Shown one piece after another: positions 25,251 to 37,749 of a stretch of 64,000 nt of DNA. The DNA lies in NCBI GenBank assembly GCA_030704615.1, contig CM060731.1, forward strand, positions 26,970,001-27,034,000, given 5' to 3'. Below the pieces are notes generated by a model, which saw only the letters and a list, made by a program, of their open reading frames with translations, was not told the origin of the DNA and ran no database searches. Made by a program: the position numbers and the translations under genes. How positions within the stretch are numbered: position 1 is the stretch's first letter; every line of letters begins with the position of its first letter. This stretch comes from Takakia lepidozioides. Taxonomy: Eukaryota; Plantae; Bryophyta.

Positions 25251-26957
25251 TTAGGGTTGCAATTTTTGGCTGCGCAGGAGGTGGGGTCTGCTTCTGCAGC
25301 GATTTTTGCTTGCTCCCGCGTTTTGTGCGTCGTCTCTCTCCTTCCCGCGCTTTGTCTTGTGCTGTGATCTCGTCTGTTGTGGCCTTCGCGCGTGTACCAT
25401 ACTTTGTTGCAGGTTGCCGTTGGTGGTCTGCTCTGATTTGCATCTTCCATTATCTTTTTCTCTTTCAGTCGAGGAAACTTGGAAATTGTGGGCAAGTGCC
25501 AGAGACTGAGCCATAGCTGTGAGAGAGGATGGGCCGACATTGCATTGACACTCAGGGTGCGCATTCAAGGCAGTGTTCATTGTTTGATACCTGAGCTAGA
25601 CTGTGCGCAATTAGGGGATCATGTAGCTCATCCTTGTGTTTATCCTTGTGTGCACAGGCAAATTGGTGGAGGAAGGTTGAACTTTTTGCCTTAGTGTTCA
25701 TGTAGCTCCGTGGTCTTTGCTGCAGCAATTTTGTGTTTCAATTAGGACTGAGTCCATTTTCTTTGTGTCTAGTATAATTATGTGGTAGTCCCCCAGTCAA
25801 GCGGGGGTGCGCACAAGGGTGGAGACTCCTTCCCTCCCTACTGGGAAGGAGTCTCCCTCCTTGTGTTCAAGTTAGTTGGTTCAACTCCCACTCACACAAT
25901 TCGGCGTGTAAAGGTGGGTTCATCTCTGGTTTTTTTTAGTCTGATTTGATGCTAGTGTTGGCCACATGTTGGTCTTTCTTTGTGTGAGCTGCCAGTTGGG
26001 GCAGGCCACTGGGTTCAATTCCCACTCACACAATGGAATTATCTGTGTTCAGGTTTGTATGTTGCCTCATTGTGTTGGAATTTTGCTGGCCTTCAAGCTT
26101 GTGTGGCTGCCTCATTGTCTCTAAACTTTCGGAGTGTGCAGATTGTGTGGAACTTGGCCAAAAGCCTTCAGCATGGGCTGCCGGTTGGGGCAGCTCCATA
26201 GGTTCAAATCCACCCATGCTTGGCCACTAAGGGTGGGAGATGAAGGTGAGGCTGTTTTGTATCTCTATATTTTGGGAGCTTGGGCTTGTGTGGAATTTGG
26301 CTTCAGCATGGGCTACCAGTTGGGGTAGCTTTGTGGGTTCAAATCCCACCCATGCTCTCCCACTATGGGTGGGAGATGAAGTAGTTGGCTGCTGTGCTTG
26401 ATTCTGGCCTTTGTCTTCATGTTGCTAGACTCCATTTTGTGTGTCTTAGGCTTGTGTGGAACTTGGGCAAAAGAATGAGAGCAGATGGTGGAAGCTGATG
26501 TGCACATGCCAAGCACTACCAGGCTGTCTCTGTGCTTCAGCAAAACTGCTGCTGCCTATGGCATTTTGACCCCCCTTACTTTGACCAGCTGTAAATCAGA
26601 AAATATGAATCCATTTTTTGCATTCTATGGTTCATCAGAATGCCGATGTGCTGGACAACACCTATAAGCAGGATGAGGTCCTGGAAATTTCATTCCGTCA
26701 TTGAAAATTGCAAATTCCTCCAATTTCCCTTATTTTTTTGGGAGGGGCCCAAAAAATGGGCCTCACACTCAACGGTGGCGTTTCTCTGATTTTTGCCTGA
26801 TTGGCCTGGAAATTTATAGCTGTCTGCAAGGGGTAGGTATGAGCATAATGTCCGGTCAATTTTCCCAAAAAAAAAAATTCACTGAGATATTCTCATTTTT
26901 CTGAGCTGGGGTCCTCTTTTTTCAAAAAGTTAACATTGGGCACTGGGCGCTTAAGGG
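25066..26957. mobile_element. piggyBac-like non-autonomous element (1892 bp)
   Basis: TTAA at 25062-25065 and 26958-26961. TIRs CCCCTAAGCGCCCA / CCCTTAAGCGCCCA (13/14 identical). No transposase ORF; a ~40-nt poly-T lies inside. Confidence 0.75.
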
Positions 26958-27269
26958 TTAATACGTTATTGAGATAAGATAATTATGTATTCGCTACTTG
27001 GTAAATAGGGGGCAGAAGCCTTGGATTGAACTTTATTACAGATTATTTGAAGGGAAAAAAATTAAAACCCTTGATTGTAATTTATATTTTAAGCATGTTC
27101 TGCATAAGAGCATGTTTTGCATGTTCTATTTTCATATATATTTTAAACATGTTCTGCATAAGAGGAACATTTATTTATTTATTCATTTATAAAGCCGGGA
27201 AAAGACTCAGGTTTATTGATGTATGAATTAAGTAATCATGTATGATAATGAAAAAATGATATTTAATTA

Positions 27270-27470
27270 TTGAAATATTGAAATGCACTAAAATATTGAG
27301 AATAACTAGCTGAAATATTGAAATATTTGCTGAAAATCTGGCTGAAATACTGAGGGACTTGCTAAAAATCTTGCTGAAATACTCAGGGACTTGTTAAAAA
27401 TCTGGCTGAAATACTCAGGGATTTGCTAAAAATCTGGCTGAAATATTGAGATACTGAAATACTGAAATAC
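27270..27470. repeat. Minisatellite, ~32-bp unit GCTGAAATACTCAGGGACTTGCTAAAAATCTG, about 4 copies with TGAAATAT flanking repeats
   Basis: Tandem units directly visible in the sequence. Confidence 0.8.
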
Positions 27471-29440
27471 CAAGGTCTTCCCAATAATAATTTTGTCAAC
27501 AATCCAATGCTCTCTCTCCAGTGGTGGTAGCAAAACAGATAATGGTGATGGCTGGTCCAACCATAACAAACCACAAGCAATTCAGAGAGGGGGTGTCTAT
27601 CCAGAATTTAGAGAGCCCACACAAAATGAGGTGCTGGCAAAGAGTGCCCCACTGCTTTTCATTTGTGGAGGCTGCCCCTGCTCTACCGATATTATCACAT
27701 GTTGCCGCAAGTTGGGTATAACATCTGCATGAATGACTTCCTTGGATAATTGATCTCTCAAATTCAAGGCTTAGGGTTTATGGGATGTACACCTGAAATC
27801 TTGTATAATTAACTTTATGCAAGCTCCATTGGACGTCTGGCTAGTTCCGACCATACCGATCATCATTGGATATCAAGCAGTTCTGGTAAAATGAGGTACC
27901 CAAGACCTACCACCTCATGTTGACTCCCCATTTCCCACTGTTATGCGACTTTCCGATGCTGAATGAATTATGTACATTGATGTAGAATTAATCTCCAAGT
28001 GTTTTTACCAACAGTGCAGCAATACGCAAGGGATACTAACAAAGCACGAGAGAGAGAAGAAAGAAAGAAATGGCAGAAAGTAGAGCAAGAAATGTCACTC
28101 CGAGAAGACATGCCTTGTGCATATAGGCTGCCAGGCACTTCTAGTCCTCAAAGCTGAAGGCTTCTGCCATTCAAGAAATTTTTTACGCCCACGGAAGGCC
28201 CAAAGAGCATTACACACATAACAAAGATGAAAAAGAAAAAAAAATAGGGTTGAGACTTCAGACCTGATTTCTGAGTCCCTCCTCGAAAATGTGAAATAAT
28301 TTGGTCTGCTGCAAGTGACCGGTTTCCATTTCGACTAGTAAGTGGTACTAAACAACATACATATCCTCCGATACAGATACAAACATATATACAGACACTA
28401 CTTGACACGATTACTGGAGTTGATATTACACTCCCTGCAATCCGCCACAGTAGAAGATTTGCACGGACTCACCGAAAGGACAGTATAGATCAACACACAC
28501 AATAATAACTTGGACAAAGTAGAAACCTAGGTCTTGCGGGTCTTCAGCTTGTTGTGTAGCCCAGCAGTTGAAGCACTCCACACATAGAGGGATGCTCTGC
28601 AAATCCAAGCCATATTGTCTATATTCCTGAGTAGACCGCCCTAATTTGTAGGGTTTCAGATATAACTTAGAATGGAGGGTCAAACTTCGCAGCGGCATTG
28701 GACCACTCCCAGCCCATTACAAGCGTAGAAAAGGTAAAAAGCAGCACAAAGGCTGACCATATCAACAACCACAGGAGGATCAATAAGGAAGCTACTTACT
28801 ATGCACAAGTTGATGGCCTTGCACCGTCGCTCAAGTCTTCCTGCCAAGCGTTCCACCCTTTCCTCCTTTAAGAAGTCCAAAGGCCAAGCTCCCCACACAA
28901 ACTGTACATATGGCATCCTCTCAGGACGACGAAGGCCAGGGTTTTGCTAACATGAGAGCAAGGAAGAAAGGGAAGAAGCTTTCACTGCAATGGCTGTTAC
29001 TGGTTATGGCTGTTACTGGTTAAGAATATATTTCACAAAAACAAAAACAAATACAAATTAATATTTGATGCTCATTAATATCAAGAGTAATGTTAACTAG
29101 TGAAGGTATATATGTGAAGTTTGGGTGTTTTCCGGTGAAGGCATATTAGGATCTTCCCCCATTTTGGCACTCATGGGTCTCCTCTGGAGGGAGGAGCCAA
29201 CAAAGGTCCAAAGACATGTACGTATGGCTATTGTAGGTATATACGTATCAGACCTGCGGGTCAAAAGACACATACCTGTGCTATCTATACGGATCTAACG
29301 ATTAACCAGGGGTAAGTAAAAAGGAGACATGGTTCTTCAATTGCAGGCCGGGTTGGGTTACGGAATCTTCGTCCCGGGATTTGCCATGCCCTGTTCTGGC
29401 CTTTTTGGGCTTCCGTAGGCGTCACATTGACGATGCCGCA

Positions 29441-29509
29441 GCATATCCCGGGTCCGTTGGGCACCCACGCGTTCCCTTCCCGCCCACGATTAATCCCTGA
29501 GGCATATTC
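29441..29509. promoter_or_regulatory. Two P1BS-like motifs (GNATATNC) upstream of the MYB-CC gene
   Basis: GCATATCC at 29441-29448 and GCATATTC at 29502-29509, ~0.6 kb upstream of the GA-rich presumed transcript start (~30060). Confidence 0.3.
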
Positions 29510-29684
29510 CATGATGCGCCTCCTGCACCGATGATGTCGAGGATCACCCGGGCCGTGATTATCCGGTCACCCCCTCCCCCACCCTCTCGCTCACAGGTCC
29601 TTTTTCTTTGGATCTTTGTTCACTATATATTTTATTATTACTATTATTATTATTATTATTATTACGATTTAACATAAAGAACAT

Positions 29685-29921
29685 GGGGATTGTAGCCCTG
29701 GAAAACTTTATTAATTGGTAAGGAATATTTTTAACTTTGGCTAATTAGTGCCCACTTCTGAGCGGGAAATCGTCCTCTTGAAGAGTTTTTTTTTTTTTTT
29801 ACATTTTGTTATTCTTCAATTGTGATTATAATAATATTTTTTAAATAATAGTGTAAGTCAGCTGCGGTCGAAAGGGGATATTTTTCCAATTATTAATAAA
29901 GTTTTCAGGGCCTCTGTCCCC
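29685..29921. mobile_element. Small AT-rich MITE/foldback-like element
   Basis: GCCCTGGAAAACTTTATTAATTGG at 29695 is the inverted repeat of CCAATTATTAATAAAGTTTTCAGGGC ending at 29911. Outer GGGGA/TCCCC ends. Confidence 0.5.
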
Positions 29922-31618
29922 CGTTGCGTATTTTATTTAAAAACAAAATGGGGAACTATGTGCGTCCAGGACGGGCCGGGTGACCGATTTGCCGGCTGGC
30001 AGGCAGTCAACGTGATGGTTGTATGGAAAGAAAATTGCCGGTTTCCGGTGGACAAGCCCGGGAGACGAGGGGAGGAGAGGGACGAAGAAAGGAGGGTAGG
30101 GCTTACCGAGATTCCCTTGCAAGAGCGAGATGCGGATCACCATAGCTATGGTGGATTTGCATCTCTCGTGAGGCTTTAGGCTGTTTTTTAGGTTTTTTCA
30201 GATTGCAGCTGTTAATTCTCTGTGCAAATATGAACGCAGAAATCTCGTGCTTAGTTTGTGTTGTGAGATTTTCTCGGGTTCACGTCTTTGATGTGAGAAA
30301 ATTGGGAGTTGATCATGTTTTCTGAGTACTATCTGAAGGTTTAGTCCTCGCGCATCATAATCTTGCATTGCATTGTGTGTTCTCTTTATCCTTCCCTTTC
30401 GCGACAAGGAAACACAAGCTATAATGTGCGGGCAGGAATTTTAAGGTGGTCTACACTGATCTCCTCTCTGTTTGTGTGAGTGGGTGTGTGTGTGTGTGTG
30501 TGAGCCTGCTTTCTCTAATCTGCGATCAAGCGATGGAACATTGATAAAATGTTACGGCTAGCTTGAACTCATTCCAGGAGTTTGAAGTGGGACAGTAGTC
30601 AACACAAGAAGCGCTTGTGATTTTTTTGAAGGTGAAGAAGCTCGGGCAAGTGAAAACGATTGCAAGAGAAAGGAGTTCATCGCACCTGAACTAGGGTTCG
30701 GAGTTTTTGGGGCAAAGAGGAAGTACAGATAGAATTTACACTGACGGAGGCGATGGTCACTAGGAAGAAGTGTAAGGTACTGTTATCAATGCAAAGCTTG
30801 TTCAAATCGATGGACCATGTATGAAACAATAGATTAGAGAAGGAATTGATGCTGGAGTCGAGGTCCTGCTACACCCGGGCGCGAGTTTTGCAGATGTAAT
30901 GAGCTGTCAGAAAGCTGTGAGCCGGCAGAGTCACGTAGTGTCCCCGTATGCGACTTTCAACAGCGTTTTCCTCCTCCCCTCTACATACTCAACACAGGTT
31001 ACTAAGTGTGTCGCCATTAGACAAGCACCTGTGGACAGCGGCTTGGTGAACTCTGCAGCAGGGAACTCCTCAGATGGATCGACTATACACAGAAACGACG
31101 AAGCTTCAGCTGCCAGGTAATATTAGACAGGTGTTTCGAAGAGTTTCAATGTGCAAGAATCTTTAAGCCTAAAACACGTCTTTTCTGGCCACTGTACTCT
31201 TTTACATAGATAATGTCATTCTAGCCAAACAAGATGGTATTTTAACTTGAAAGCTTCCCAGCCTCTCTCAGTTATTCTATTACTAAGTCAAAACCAGACA
31301 ACCAGTCATGCCACCAGAAACCACACCAGTGATAAGACTAACATTCGATAATGATATTTCAACTGGCAGATTCCCAGCCTCCTTCAGTTACTCTCATACT
31401 AAGTCACACTAACTCATTGCCCTGGGTACTCTCACCAGAAAGCCGTCTTCAAATCCATCGAGGGATTTGTTCCTGTACCTCTGTTCACCAACTTTGAAAA
31501 TCTTGGGGCCGAGCCAAAAGCCCAGGCCTAGTTATTGGAATCACACACAGCAGATTGATGCTTGTGTGAAGGGATTTCTAGAGGATATCTGGAAAACTCG
31601 GATCAATTGTCTGTTCCA

Positions 31619-32139
31619 AGGTAAGTCGTACTACTGGCGTGAGCCCCTGATAAAGGTAGTTTCTGTCCCTTTGTGTTCTGCTCAAACTGGGCGCGGGGTC
31701 AATGGCCACAAGGCTACGGCAAACAACGTCTTATGAGTACATTCTCATACTACGTCACACCATGAAATTCCACCAAATATCAGAGCAATACAAGCAGGGT
31801 AAGATATGACTAGCTATGTCAATATTAACGTTGTGCAATACATCTGAGAGCAAATGGTGTTTTTGCCCTTCACAATGAGCAGGCAGGGGCTCCGTCCCCG
31901 TGGCCCAGACTGGACTGTGATGTTAATAAACAGTAGTAGATCCCATGTGATGCCGATTGGTGGATGTTTCATTTGTCCAGGCAGGAAAGGACCGAGTGGA
32001 GTGCAGGGGGATAGATTGTACTCATAAGACGTTGTTTGCCGTAGCCTTGTGGCCATTGACCCCGCGCCCAGTTTGAGCGGGAACAAAAGGGACAGAACCT
32101 ACCTCTGTCAGGGGCTGACGTTGGTAGTAAGACTTACCT
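31619..32139. repeat. Long inverted repeat: ~123-bp arms (31619-31741 and 32017-32139) around a ~275-bp loop
   Basis: The inner 61 bp (CTCAAACTGGGCGCGGGG...TTATGAGTACA) is a perfect reverse complement between the arms; the outer parts are imperfect. Confidence 0.9.
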
Positions 32140-33093
32140 CCATATAAGTGCAGGGGGATAGAGAGAGATAGAATGTACTCATGCTGTTCCCTGCAAACAT
32201 TGGCTTGCCATAGCCTTCAGCCATTGACCCTGCAGGAAACTAACCCTCCCGGAGCCTTTTGTGGAGTTTGCACCCACCAGAGAGAGAGAGAATGTATTGA
32301 TGAGACTTTGTTTGCTGTAGCCTTGTCGTGAGAGGGAGAGAGAAGGAAGGGGTTCTGATAGTTTGGTCTTATTCACATAGTCATTGTCTGGTTGTCTCAC
32401 TTACAATTCTGCAGGACTCTGAGTGGCGGTGCCTTTGGCGTAGCACCCGAGTGGCGAACCTGGGCTGAATACGCTCCTGAAGAAGACTGCCTGGCGACTT
32501 GTTGGACAGATCTCTTAGATATTGAAGAGGTTGGAGGCAATTGTGGTGTGTGTGTATCTATCCACACAATCCATTACTAACATGTACTAGGTGTACCTGT
32601 GTTCGGTTCTGCTTGAAGTTATTTTGTTATCTCCTCTTTTGTGACTGGTTTCTAGTGGTATCATGGTTATTTGGCTTGTTACAATGGATCAGTAACTTCT
32701 TAATTGGCAGTGCCAGCTAATGTCCCAGTTCCAAAGAGTTACGTTTTGCAGTGTTTAGGACAGCACCCTTTGATCGTGTGTACAAATACATGTATCTTGT
32801 GCAACATACTGTAGGTTGGAGTCAAACTGGTTCAACAAAAACTTTTCTGAAATTTGCACGGCAATAGAGTGTCTAAGTTTCCTGGACATAACATTGGCAA
32901 AGAGCTTGCATACAATTATGGCCACCATTCATCTGGCTTTTGAACTCCCTTGCTGTCAGTGTTGAGGATTGAAGTACGTCACAGCTTGTCACGTTGTTTC
33001 ATTACAAGCAAGAATCTTAAGTTACACTAAAATTTGAATCTTTTGCGTTTATCCACAAATATATCTTTCTTTTCGTTTGTTTGCATGTAGACA

Positions 33094-36000
33094 ATGTATC
33101 AGACGAAGAAGTTTTCAACGTCCAGCCTGATGCCCCAGAGGTCAGGGAGTCAGGCACCTGAGCCTCGTGGGTCAAGTGCAGCTGGGGGTTCCACAAATTC
33201 TGCTGGCAGCCCTGGAGGAGGTGGCTCGGGGGGTGGCGGTTCAGCTGCTAAGCAGCGACTGCGGTGGACACCAGAACTTCATGAGCGCTTTGTGGATGCT
33301 GTCACTCAGCTGGGTGGCCCTGATCGTGAGTTGTTTTGCGCAGTTAGAGTGTTCCTAAGAGGAAGAGAGATGGGCTCATTAAATTTTACTGATGGTTACA
33401 AATATATAACTGTTTGGCCAAAGAACAGAGGGAGCGAAAGGGCAATAAGCAAGAAGGGGACCACAAGTAGTGGGACTTACTGCAAACATGTGGGCAGAGA
33501 GGTTGAAAGAGACGTATGGATCCCTGTAAATGAAGATGAGGCCATGTATAGAAACATTCCACCAATGGGTAACTTCAGCAGTCTTGTGAATGTTTTGGCA
33601 AATCCAAAAGCCTTGGATCTGGCATTGTGATGGGGTTGTTTCCAGAGAAAAGTTTTCCTACCCTAGTTGTGCAATATAATCTCTAGTATCAATCACAATT
33701 AGCCCCTCTGATATCAGGACTGATAGCTAATCAGACAACAGCAGTGCCTTGTGACTCTAAAACAGGTTACTACCACAGCATTGATTTGTGCACCCACCAG
33801 TGGAGTAGATTTGCAAAGGTGGAAAAGATAGTGAGTTTCTTCATCCCACCTGGTTTTCATGATGGCTGTGACAGGGGCAACCCCAAAAGGAGTGTTGAGG
33901 GTGATGGGTGTGCAAGGCCTCACAATTTACCATGTGAAGAGCCACTTGCAGGCAAGTTCTTGTCACTTCTGGTATTGGGAGGCTTACTGCACGTATGTGA
34001 GTGCTTGTAAAGAACAGGGTTTTGGGGGTTTCCTGGCACAGCAGGGAGAGGGTCTTAGTGAATCTAGATGACTTAGAAAATCTTTGAAGGAGATGGATTC
34101 CCTTTTGCCTCTATGCTACATTGATGCTGGTTATATAATCTCAATCTCAATTGATTTGCATTATCTTGCATTTGCAAGTTTTATTAGTATAATAATTAAT
34201 TGTGCCTGGAAGCATGGATATATAGTACTTCCTGAGAGAAGACTCGCCAATTGCAAATCTGATTAGGAGATGAATGTGTTATGTAGGATGATGTCCATGA
34301 CAGGATGGTTGTACAGGCATCCCTCAAATGAGAATCTCTTTGTGCTTTGGTGCTCTGCAGAAGTATCGGCTGGCGAAGTACATCCCGGAGTCTTTGTCCG
34401 ATGGTATGTACTATTTGAATGCTTGCGAATTCACATTTATTGGAACCCTTCTCCTTCCCGCACGTTTGCACCACTAAAAAAGCTATTGTAGGCACAGAGG
34501 ATGGATGCAGGAACCAAGTTTTCAATGCCTGGAGTACTTCAGTGATATGGGGTTTGCTTTACTGTTTCAAATTATGATGTACTCGTATTGTGTTGCAAGA
34601 ATAATGGATTTAACTGTAGTGGATATTGGTTCTGCCATATGTTGGTTGGGTATTATAATGGTACCGAATTAGTTTCTTGGAGAATGTTAAAATAGATACA
34701 CATATCACAAGCTACGTATGGTTTGGATACGCAGGCTGGTGAACCTGGTAGACTCGATCCTGTCTGGCTTGTAATGTGGTCAGCAGAACCTTTTAGGTGA
34801 AATGATTGTTTCGATAGCAAGAAGAAGCACTTTACCAAATTTCACCAGCATGGGCCTTAAAATGAAATGATTGTTTAGAGCATCACTCCAGCCGCAAGTA
34901 TAAATCTGACCAGATGACGTGTGTCGAAAGTTTTTTCTTGGTGCATAATTTTGTGGAAGGGTTGGTTGCTATACTGTTCTTCTTTAGATGTAGTACTGCT
35001 TTGACATATTGGATAGAGCAATCATTCTAACCATATGTTGTTGCCATGCTTCTTTTTTCTTATATATGTGACCATTCAGTTCGTATCTTCAAAGTGTTCA
35101 TATTTTCCATAATAATATGTAATGCCTTGACTCGTTTCGTCTTCATCATGCGGAAGGACCATTTATTAGATAGTGCATTCAGTATCGATAACCCACCTGC
35201 AACGCTTTCGAGAGTACTTATTCCAACTTGGGTAATATAAGTGTCGACTCATAGCGATTTATTCTCTATCTGTTTAGGGACGAGTTTGACCTTTGTGACA
35301 GTAGCATTGGCAAAACCTTCAAAAATTAAATCTCATTTACAAGGGAGTCTCTAGTATGCTCGATGGTTTTTGTCACAATTTAATTTGTGTCTCTTCAACC
35401 TCTGGACAAGTGTGAGTAGATGACAATGAAGTGTTAATGTGATACAGGAGGAAAGTCTGAAAAGAAGAAGAATCCGGCAGATATTCTACCAACTTTGGAC
35501 GCAACATCGTGAGCTTTTGTTCTATTCAAATATAGTCCAGCTTCTGTACAATCTGTTCTGAAAGTCTGAAGTATGGCATAATTTGTGATTGTCCCAAAGT
35601 GCACATAATACTGCTTGTTGTGCATTATTCATTGTACTAGTTGCAATGCAGCTAGTGATGCTGTCAAGTGTACACTGACACATTTGTCTTCGGCTAACTG
35701 AGAGAAATACTTTGCCACATGGTGACAGTTTAATAAGGCATTGGTTTCCTTGCAGGGGAATCCAAATCACCGAGGCTTTACGCATGCAGATGGAAGTTCA
35801 GAAACGGCTACACGAGCAGCTTGAGGTTTGTTCTCTCCTGTGCATGTTCGACCAGCCTTGATCAAGATGCTAGAAAGCAAGAGAAGAAAACATACCTAAT
35901 TCAGTGTCCCAAAAGATGATGAGCATGTCAAATGAGTCTTCTCCTTGCATAGATATGCAGTTGCAAAGCTTCTAATGGCACATGGCCCAAGGCATAACAT

Positions 36001-37257
36001 AGGACCACAAAAAAAGAGAGAGGCCCTGACAGCATGGAACCCTTCACAAACTCTCCATGAGGCTATTGAACCTGGAAGGAGTGAGCTTCTGGGCTTTTAT
36101 GAGGTCTATTGTAGAGAATTGTTGTAACGAAGTATGCTTTGTCGATCCTCTATAAGCCAACTGCAAAGAGAGGAGCACTGCTTAACTGTCATGTATTGAG
36201 ATTAAATCAGATGCTATATGCTAATGTGAAAGGATGCCCACGACTTTGGGCATAGTTTTAGCTCTTAGCTACAGTAAGAGTTCGGAGAACCAATTATGGT
36301 GTTCATATGGCATTGTCACAGGTGCAGCGCCATCTACAGTTACGCATCGAGGCCCAGGGGAAATACTTACAAAAAATCATTGAAGAGCAGCAAAGGTATG
36401 GCCTAAACAGCCGTGCTGCGCCTGCTGACCCTGGGGCACCAGCACCTCCAATTGCAGAGCAGCCATCTGGACAGGCCACCATCGAAACTAAGCCTGAGCT
36501 GCCAAAAGTGGTAGCAACAGCTATTGAGGGCTCTACACCTCCTTCAATGGTGGGTATTGGCGGGCCACCAACCCAGCCGAACAACTCACAAGCTTCTGGA
36601 CTCACTCCACAAGAGCCACCCCATGCTCAGTACATTGGTTCTGGATATAATGGCACGAATCCCCCAATATCAGTTGGGTCACCAAGTCAGCCACCACTGA
36701 AACGGACACGTGTGGAGGACAGGGCAGGCCAAACTCAGTCTCCACAGCTTGAATCACAACAATCGTCAGGAATGGCCCAAACTGGTGGTGGGTTCCAGGA
36801 GTCGGCTCAGGGAAGTGGTGAGGGGTCATTCCATTCCAATCTTATACCAAGTACTGGCTTCCCCCCCGGCCAAGCTGGAGCGCCTTTCTCTCAAGGTGCT
36901 CTAAGTCAGCACACCTACTCCCAACAACTCCCTCGAGTGGTTTATGCACCAGCACCTCAATCAGTTGATTCAGAGAATCTGGTTCGATCGCAACTGCCAG
37001 GATCTGGAGGGCAGGTTGTCTCTAACAGTGGTGCTATAGGGAGCACTCATCAGCTGCAAGAACACGGTTCAGGAGCTAGACAAGTTACAAACAAGGTGGA
37101 GCCTTCTTTGCTAACATCTGAATCCAAGTTTGGTGGGAAAGCAAATGAAGGAAGTGGCCTTGCATCTGGAGTCATCCCTCCTTCTCAAGATGGGGTGTTT
37201 GACCAATGGGAACATGGTAGCAAGGCTGGGAGCTTGTTCCATGGGGATGGTAATTAG
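33094..37257 (+). CDS. PHL7: MYB-CC (GARP/G2-like) transcription factor, PHR1-like/PHL7-type; exons 33094-33325, 33875-33951, 34361-34403, 35448-35508, 35756-35825, 36322-37257 (472 aa)
   Basis: The spliced product has [58 protein letters not shown] and the coiled coil [44 protein letters not shown]. The MYQTKKFST N-terminus is typical of PHL7-like proteins. All phases are compatible; intron 2 has a GC donor. The symbol indicates subfamily, not proven orthology. Confidence 0.93.
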
Positions 37258-37749
37258 AATTTTATGAGGGCTGTGCTTCTGCAATGGTCATCACTTTTGC
37301 TGGAGTGATATCTTCACTGGGTCCACCTACGATTGGTTCAGGGGGATTCTGTTTGTGGGGGTAGGAGGTGGTGGGGTTGTGGGTTGTTGGGAGCAAGAGA
37401 CAAGATGTTCAATAGATGGTATTAGGGTTTTTTTGGTGAATGGAGAGGGTGGGTGGCTAGATTTCTTTCTTATATTCATTGATGTCCAACAAACGCTGGT
37501 TGCCTAGAAGGGGCTAATAGTTGGGAGCCTAATGTTGAAGCTTACCTGGTTGTGCTCTGTCTGATCATATGCACAATATGGGGGATTGGGACATGATCTA
37601 AGAAGGCTTTAATATGGTCTCTCTCAACCAGTTAGGTTATGGTAGTTGTAATTTATTAGACCTCAAAAGGCATGTGTGACATGTGGCGGGCTGAAGTGGC
37701 TGGTACATTACTGAATATGCAATATGGGAGTGTTACTCTTGATGGTAGG

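Noticed and set aside
25204-25256. TTAGGG motifs as interstitial telomere, and the poly-Lys/poly-Phe ORFs
   Set aside because: Only isolated telo-box-like copies around a poly-T tract; the ORFs are homopolymer artefacts.
27480-28950. Possible decayed minus-strand coding sequence
   Set aside because: Short broken ORFs with no motif I can assign; left uncalled.
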